A stretch of 64,000 nucleotides of DNA from an uncultured Candidatus Rokubacteria bacterium. Its GTDB lineage: Bacteria; Methylomirabilota; Methylomirabilia; Rokubacteriales; DASRDR01. The stretch is from assembly GCA_963805625.1 (NCBI GenBank), contig CAWDVE010000004.1, positions 64,001-128,000 of the forward strand. The letters run 5' to 3'. Below, piece after piece: positions 58,514 to 64,000 of this stretch (the stretch's first letter is position 1; each line of letters opens with the position of its first letter). The translations under genes were made by a program, and so were the position numbers. The notes below the pieces were generated by a model. It was given only the letters and a program-made list of their open reading frames with translations, was not told the DNA's origin and ran no database searches.

Positions 58514-59512
58514 ATGAACTTTCTTCGTCGCGCGATCCGCATCGTTCACACCCGCCTCGGTCTCGTCTCGAACAACCGGGAGCTTCTCACGCGTTCGGAG
58601 TACTTCACCGACCGCGTACCCCAGTCGCTCCTGACCGACTACCATCGCGTCGACGACGTGCCGTGGGACGGCGCGCCGACGGGCGTGGACGCGGAGATCC
58701 GCATCGTCGACACGCCCGGTCTCGCACCCGCGATCGCGCTCGAGCCCGACCGCGTGCTCGCGGTGGGGGACTGGACGGCTCTCGAGGCGGGCAACTCCGA
58801 CCGCCGCTACTCCCTCTTCGGGAACCTGGGGTACGTCTTCCGCTACGCGATCCACGCCCTGGAGCGCTACCACGACACGTGGTCGTTCCACGCGAGCGCC
58901 ATGGTCGACGACAAGGGCGACCTCTGGCTCATCCCGGGCGGCGCCGGCGCGGGCAAGACCGTGTTCCTGCTGGAGGGGCTCACGCGAGGCTGGACCATCT
59001 TCTCGACGGAGATGACGCACGTCCGTCTGACGGACGGCGGATACGAGTTCTACAAGGGCTCCCTCTTCGACAACATCCGGCTCGGTACCCTCCTCTACGA
59101 CTTTCCCGCCGTCCTCGAGCGGCTCGGGACCGCGTTGCCGCCGTCGCCGGACCCCTGGGGCTCGAAGATCGCGCTCGACCTCCAGCACGTGCAGACACCG
59201 GCGGACGTGCTGGTGAGCCCGTCCCTGCGGATCGTCAGCCCGAAGGTGGAGTCGGGCCGGGACCGGGCGGTCGTCACGCCGCTCGATCGCCGGGAGAAGC
59301 TGGTCAAGCTCCTCTTCGACAACGCCACCGAGAAGCAGGGGACCACCGTGCTCCTCTACGACCGGCTGCCCGTCCCGTCGCTCGACACGCCGGAGCTCAT
59401 GGCCCGGCGGCTCCACGCCATGCAGGGGCTGGTGGACCGGGCCACGATCAAGAGCGCCCGGAGCACCCTCTGCGGGGCCCGCAACTGCATGGAGGGTCTG
59501 CTGGATGAGTGA
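58514..59512 (+). CDS. HPr kinase-related P-loop protein
   Basis: FHASAM, Walker A PGGAGAGKT and GWTIFSTE. Overlaps the comA start. Confidence 0.7.
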   Translation: MNFLRRAIRIVHTRLGLVSNNRELLTRSEYFTDRVPQSLLTDYHRVDDVPWDGAPTGVDAEIRIVDTPGLAPAIALEPDRVLAVGDWTALEAGNSDRRYSLFGNLGYVFRYAIHALERYHDTWSFHASAMVDDKGDLWLIPGGAGAGKTVFLLEGLTRGWTIFSTEMTHVRLTDGGYEFYKGSLFDNIRLGTLLYDFPAVLERLGTALPPSPDPWGSKIALDLQHVQTPADVLVSPSLRIVSPKVESGRDRAVVTPLDRREKLVKLLFDNATEKQGTTVLLYDRLPVPSLDTPELMARRLHAMQGLVDRATIKSARSTLCGARNCMEGLLDE

Positions 59513-60350
59513 GCGCGACGAGGCCGCGCGCCGGCCGGCCTGGGACGGCGTCATCGAGATGCCGGTCCCGGAGCGCCTCCGAAAGCCGCGCGATGGTGGC
59601 TGGACGATGGTCATCGACAAGGGGCTCGGCCTCAACGCGATCGACGACCTGATGCAGGTGGCGGCGCCGGTCATCGACGTGCTGAAGCTCACCTTCGGAA
59701 CCTCGGCCTTCTTCGGTCGCGACGTCCTCAAGGAGAAGGTGCGGACGGTCACGGCCCACGGCGTCCACTGCATGCCGGGCGGGACCTTCCAGGAGGTCGC
59801 GGTCTGGCAGGGCGCGCTCGACCGCTACCTCGATCGGGCGGGCCAGCTCGGCTTCAACGCGATCGAGGTCTCGGACGGCACCATCGAGATGGACCGCCGG
59901 ACCCGGGCCGAGGCCATCCAGAAGGCCGTGAAGGCGGGCTTCCGCGTCCTGTCGGAGGTGGGCAAGAAGGATCCCGCCGACGCCCAGCCGATGGCGACGC
60001 TCGCCGAGGTCGTCAACGCGGACCTCGATGGCGGCGCGTTCATGGTCATCATGGAGGCGCGCGAGGCGGGCAAGGGCGTGGGCATCTACGACGCCTCCGG
60101 CCTCCCCAAGGAAGCGGAGATCGAGGCTTTCCTGAAGGGCGTGCGCGATCCCGGCCGCGTCCTCTGGGAGGCGCCGCTCGGTCCCCAGCAGCGGTACCTC
60201 GTCCTCCGGTTCGGCCCCAACGTCAACCTGGGCAACGTCGCTCCCGAGGACATCCTCGCTCTCGAGGCGCTCCGCTGCGGCCTCCGGGGTGACACTCTCA
60301 AGCGCGCGTGGCTGACCGACCCGCGGTTCCGCGCGCGGCGATTGCCCTAG
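59505..60350 (+). CDS. comA: Phosphosulfolactate synthase
   Basis: KPR..G.TMVIDKG, K..FGTS, PGGT, IEVSDG, SEVGKK, EARE.G, WEAP and FGPNVNLGN...LE.LR.GLRGDT. Confidence 0.93.
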   Translation: MSERDEAARRPAWDGVIEMPVPERLRKPRDGGWTMVIDKGLGLNAIDDLMQVAAPVIDVLKLTFGTSAFFGRDVLKEKVRTVTAHGVHCMPGGTFQEVAVWQGALDRYLDRAGQLGFNAIEVSDGTIEMDRRTRAEAIQKAVKAGFRVLSEVGKKDPADAQPMATLAEVVNADLDGGAFMVIMEAREAGKGVGIYDASGLPKEAEIEAFLKGVRDPGRVLWEAPLGPQQRYLVLRFGPNVNLGNVAPEDILALEALRCGLRGDTLKRAWLTDPRFRARRLP

Positions 60351-60360
60351 GCCGGGATCA

Positions 60361-61173
60361 GTGGACATCACTGGCCTCGACGCCGGGACCCGGGTTGCGC
60401 TCGGGTTCGCGATCGGCACTTTCGGGACCTTGATCGGAGCCGGCGGCGGCTTCATTCTCGTACCCCTCCTGCTCTTGGGCTACCACTTCCCGCCGCCCGA
60501 GGCCGTGGGGACCTCGCTGAGCCTGGTGTTCCTCAACGCCCTGTCGGGGAGCATCGCGTACCTCCGCCAGCGGCGGGTGGACCTTGCCCTGGGATGGCGC
60601 TTTGCGCTGGCGACGCTTCCTGGCGCGATCGGCGGCGCCTACGTGACGCGCGCGCTCTCCTCGCGCGCGTTCGGGCATGCCTTCGGCGTGCTGCTCATCG
60701 CGGTGGCGGTGCTCCTGTTCCTCGGTCGGACGGCCGGGCCGTCCTCCCGTGCGGGCGCGCGCCAGATCGTCGACGCGAGCGGAGGAACCCACCACTATCG
60801 CGTCGATGTCTGGAAGGGCGTGCTGGTCAGCCTCGTGGTCGGGGTGATTTCCAGCATCTTCGGGATCGGCGGCGGCATCATCCACGTGCCGTTTCTGATC
60901 GTGGTGCTGGGCCTGCCCGTGCACGTGGCCACGGCGACCTCCCACTTCGTGCTGAGCATCTCCGCGTTTGCCGGCGCGCTCACGTTCCTGGCCCTGGGCC
61001 ACGTGGACCTGCCCACCGTCGGGTTCATGGGGGTTGGGATCCTCGCGGGGGCCCAGCTGGGTGCGCGGATGTCGATCGGCACGAGCGCCGGGGTCATTCG
61101 TCGGGTGCTGGCTGGTTCGTTGGCCATCGTGGGCGCCCGGATGGCCCTGATGGGTGGAGGTTACTTGCCGTGA
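60361..61173 (+). CDS. Sulfite exporter TauE/SafE family protein
   Basis: GTLIGAGGG...VP, AVGTS, GIGGGIIHVP, ATATS and GAQLGA. Confidence 0.9.
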   Translation: MDITGLDAGTRVALGFAIGTFGTLIGAGGGFILVPLLLLGYHFPPPEAVGTSLSLVFLNALSGSIAYLRQRRVDLALGWRFALATLPGAIGGAYVTRALSSRAFGHAFGVLLIAVAVLLFLGRTAGPSSRAGARQIVDASGGTHHYRVDVWKGVLVSLVVGVISSIFGIGGGIIHVPFLIVVLGLPVHVATATSHFVLSISAFAGALTFLALGHVDLPTVGFMGVGILAGAQLGARMSIGTSAGVIRRVLAGSLAIVGARMALMGGGYLP

Positions 61174-61249
61174 TGTGCCGGCGGTGGGTTCCGTCGTTTC
61201 CGGCCGACGAGAGACGTCTTTCGCGCTTGATGTTCAGGGAGAGTGACGC

Positions 61250-62767
61250 GTGCGCTACGGCTTCGTGATCGACCAGACGCGGTGCATCGGGTGTCACGCC
61301 TGCACGGTGGCGTGCAAGGAGGAGAACCGCGTTCCCCTCGGCACGTTCCGGACGTGGGTGAAGTACGTCGAGAAGGGCGAGTTTCCGAACACCCGCCGCC
61401 ACTTCGCCGTCCTTCGCTGTAACCACTGCGACAACGCCCCCTGCGTGACCATCTGCCCCACGGTGGCGCTCTACCGGAGGTCGGACGGGATCGTCGACTT
61501 CGACCGCGACCGCTGCATCGGCTGCAAGTCCTGCATGCAGGCGTGCCCGTACGATGCGCTCTACATCGACCCCGAGACGCAGACGGCCGCGAAGTGCAAC
61601 TTCTGCGCGCATCGGGTGGAGCGGGGGCTCGAGCCCGCGTGCGTCATCGTCTGTCCCGAGCGGGCGATCCTCACCGGAGACCTCGACGATCCCGAGAGCG
61701 AGGTCTCGCGGGTGATCGCCCGGGAGCACGTGAGCGTCCGGAAGCCGGAGCAGGGGACGCGTCCGAAGCTCTTCTACGTCGGGGCCGACCACGCCACGCT
61801 CGCGCCCTCGCTCCAGGACGCGCCGGTCGCGACCATGTGGGGCCAGCACGCGAGCGAGCCCGGCTCGCTGGTCGCCCTCGCCGGCGGACGGCAGCCGCAC
61901 GGGTCGGCGGGGAGGACTGCGAAGTCCGTCGAGACTCTCGGCCGCACGGTGTACGACGTGTCGCACGAGCCCCGACCCTGGGGGTGGCGCGTCGGGGCGT
62001 ACCTCTGGACCAAGTCGGTCGCCGCCGGCGCCGCGCTCGCCGCCGCGGCGGCCGCGCTCGGCGAGGGGAGCGCCGCCGAGCTGGGCCTTCCACTCATCGC
62101 GCTGCTGTTCCTCTTGCTCACCGGGGGCTTGCTGATCGTCGACCTGAAGCGCCCCGAGCGGTTCCACTACCTCCTCCTCCGGCCGAACCCGCGCTCCTGG
62201 CTCGTCCTGGGCGCCTGGATCCTGCTCGCGTTTGGCGCGGCGCTCGGCCTCTGGATCCTGGCGGCCGTTGCCGGCGGGGGCGCGATCCTCGGCGTCCTCG
62301 CGATCCCCCTTGTGCTCCTCGCGCTCGGCGTCGCGGGCTACAGCGCGTTCCTCTTCGCCCAGGCGGAGGGGCGGGATTTCTGGCAGAGCCCGCTGGTGCT
62401 GCCGCATCTCCTGGCGGGCGCCGCGACGGCTGGAGCGGCCGTGAGCCTCCTGGTGACGCCGTCGTCGGCCACCGCGCGGAGCGTGCTCCTCGTGGGGCTA
62501 GGGGTGAACGTGTTTCTGGTCCTCGCCGAGTGCTACACGCCGCACGGGAACACGGACTCGCGGGCCGCCGCGCGGATCATCACCTGGGGCTCCCTGAGCC
62601 GGGTCTTCTGGGGCGGGGTGATCGTTACTGGCACGCTGCTCCCCGCGCTGCTCGTGATCCCGGCCTCCAGCGCCACCAGCGTCCTGGCGGGCGCCCTGGC
62701 CCTCGTCGGCCTCTACCTCTGGGAAGACTGCTGGGTGCGGGCGGGGCAGGCCGTCCCGCTCAGCTGA
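61250..62767 (+). CDS. 4Fe-4S electron-transfer subunit fused to an NrfD/PsrC-type membrane anchor
   Basis: CIGCHACTVAC, CNHC...PC...CP, CIGC.SC..ACP and KCNFC...PAC...CP, then W...VGAYLWTK, DL.RPERF and RAGQAVPLS. Confidence 0.92.
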   Translation: MRYGFVIDQTRCIGCHACTVACKEENRVPLGTFRTWVKYVEKGEFPNTRRHFAVLRCNHCDNAPCVTICPTVALYRRSDGIVDFDRDRCIGCKSCMQACPYDALYIDPETQTAAKCNFCAHRVERGLEPACVIVCPERAILTGDLDDPESEVSRVIAREHVSVRKPEQGTRPKLFYVGADHATLAPSLQDAPVATMWGQHASEPGSLVALAGGRQPHGSAGRTAKSVETLGRTVYDVSHEPRPWGWRVGAYLWTKSVAAGAALAAAAAALGEGSAAELGLPLIALLFLLLTGGLLIVDLKRPERFHYLLLRPNPRSWLVLGAWILLAFGAALGLWILAAVAGGGAILGVLAIPLVLLALGVAGYSAFLFAQAEGRDFWQSPLVLPHLLAGAATAGAAVSLLVTPSSATARSVLLVGLGVNVFLVLAECYTPHGNTDSRAAARIITWGSLSRVFWGGVIVTGTLLPALLVIPASSATSVLAGALALVGLYLWEDCWVRAGQAVPLS

Positions 62768-62777
62768 AGGACGAACC

Positions 62778-64000
62778 ATGCCGCAATCTCCCTCGATCGA
62801 GCCGCTCCATCCGGCGGCGCAGAACCTGACGGCGCTACCGGGCGGCCTCGCGAGCTACCCGCCCGTCGAGCGCTGGGAGGACTGGGCCGAGTACGACCCG
62901 CAAGCCTGGCCGCGGCGCGTCGAGCGCCGCTATCAGCTCGTCCCCACCATCTGCTTCAACTGCGAGGCGGGCTGCGGGCTCCTGGCCTACGTGGACAAGG
63001 ACCGCCTCACGATCCAGAAGTTCGAGGGAAACCCGGAGCATCCCGGCAGCCGTGGGCGCAACTGCGCGAAGGGACCGGCGACCCTGAATCAGGTCGAGGA
63101 TCCCGAGCGCATCCGCCACCCGTTGAAGCGGGTCGGGCCGCGGGGCGGGGGGCAGTGGGAGCGCGTCAGCTGGGACCAGGCGCTCGACGACATCGCCGCG
63201 CGCATCAGGAAGGCGCTCGTCGAGGGCAGGCGCAACGAGGTCATGTATCATGTCGGCCGCCCGGGCCACGAGCTCGTATACCACCAGCGCATCATGCACG
63301 CCTGGGGGATCGACGGGCACAATTCGCACACCAACGTCTGCTCGGCCTCCGCGCGCGCGGGCTACGCGTTCTGGAGCGGCCTCGACCGCCCGTCGCCGGA
63401 TCACGCCAACGCCCGGTTTATCCTGCTCCTGTCCTCGCACCTCGAGACGGGCCACTATTTCAACCCGCACGCCCAGCGGATCATCGAGGGGAAGAAGCGC
63501 GGCGCGAAGATCTGCGCGATCGACACGCGGCTCAGCAACACGGCGTCGATGGCCGACTGGTGGCTGTCCCCGTGGCCAGGAACCGAGGCCGCGCTCCTCC
63601 TCGCCATGTGCCAGCTGATCATCGCGGAGCGGCGCTACGACCGCGAGTTCATCCGCCGCTGGGTGAACTGGGCGGAGTACCTCCGGGAGGAGCATCCCGA
63701 CAAGCCCCAGACCTTCGAGACCTTCGAGGCGATCCTCCCGACGCTCTACGCGGAGTTCACTCCGGCGTTCGCCGAGCGGGAGTCCGGCGTCCCGGCCGCG
63801 ACCATCGAAGAGGTGGCGCGGGAGGCCGCGCGGGCCGGCTCCGCGCTGGCGACCCACGTGTGGCGGAACGCGGCGGCGGGGAACCTCGGGGGCTGGCAGG
63901 TCGCGCGGGCGCTCCAGCTGCTCGTCGTGCTCGTGGGCGCCGTCGCCACGCCGGGGGGCACCGCGCCCTCCTTCTACAACAAGGCCGTCCCGGCGCCCCC
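62778..64000 (+). CDS. Molybdopterin (DMSO reductase family) oxidoreductase catalytic subunit, 3' partial
   Basis: Open from ATG 62778 to the window end: CFNCEAGC...CAKG FS0 motif, PLKRVG.RG.G.W..VSWD.ALD and HNSHTNVCS. No twin-Arg signal. Confidence 0.93.
   Translation, partial: MPQSPSIEPLHPAAQNLTALPGGLASYPPVERWEDWAEYDPQAWPRRVERRYQLVPTICFNCEAGCGLLAYVDKDRLTIQKFEGNPEHPGSRGRNCAKGPATLNQVEDPERIRHPLKRVGPRGGGQWERVSWDQALDDIAARIRKALVEGRRNEVMYHVGRPGHELVYHQRIMHAWGIDGHNSHTNVCSASARAGYAFWSGLDRPSPDHANARFILLLSSHLETGHYFNPHAQRIIEGKKRGAKICAIDTRLSNTASMADWWLSPWPGTEAALLLAMCQLIIAERRYDREFIRRWVNWAEYLREEHPDKPQTFETFEAILPTLYAEFTPAFAERESGVPAATIEEVAREAARAGSALATHVWRNAAAGNLGGWQVARALQLLVVLVGAVATPGGTAPSFYNKAVPAP

Noticed and set aside
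58514-59512. HPr-kinase-like protein as a RiPP (lasso peptide) kinase acting on the RRPS peptides
   Set aside because: No precursor, cyclase or RRE gene nearby, no physical linkage to the elements, and it overlaps comA instead.
59505-60350. comA as evidence of coenzyme M synthesis or methanogenesis
   Set aside because: No comBCDE, xcb or mcr genes in the window; bacterial ComA homologues have other roles.
62778-62850. Suspected frameshift at the start of the Mo subunit (absent from the ORF track)
   Set aside because: The frame is continuous from ATG 62778; it is missing only because it runs off the window.

Overview
Very GC-rich bacterial chromosomal segment with about 60 protein genes and no rRNA, tRNA, CRISPR array or transposase that I could see. 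Gene content and style suggest Candidatus Rokubacteria/Methylomirabilota, but that is inference only. Content in order: a 9.6-kb sugar/cyclitol-type uptake and catabolic operon; assorted metabolic genes (PfkB kinase, HpcH aldolase, LLM oxidoreductases, beta-carbonic anhydrase, ALDH, GGT, IlvD/Edd, transaldolase, SthA, FAAL, RfbB); an envelope islet of small lipoproteins with DUF3300/DUF2950 and a dihaem cytochrome c; uvrA, an EF-G paralogue and gspA/gspB; and a terminal sulfur cluster (HPr-kinase-like P-loop protein, ComA, TauE, Fe-S/NrfD fusion, molybdopterin enzyme running off the end). The most notable observations are: (1) a dispersed 105-120 nt element in three intergenic copies (240-358, 31812-31916, 35098-35205) encoding homologous RRPS-repeat mini-peptides joined to neighbouring ORFs by ATGA/GTGA overlaps; (2) the kinase-ComA-TauE-Mo cluster as a candidate new sulfolactate/sulfite pathway; (3) a shared operator-like motif upstream of a zinc-ribbon/carbonic anhydrase unit and of GGT. 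Two genes carry single-base frameshifts that may be sequencing errors. All family calls come from motif recognition, not database searches.
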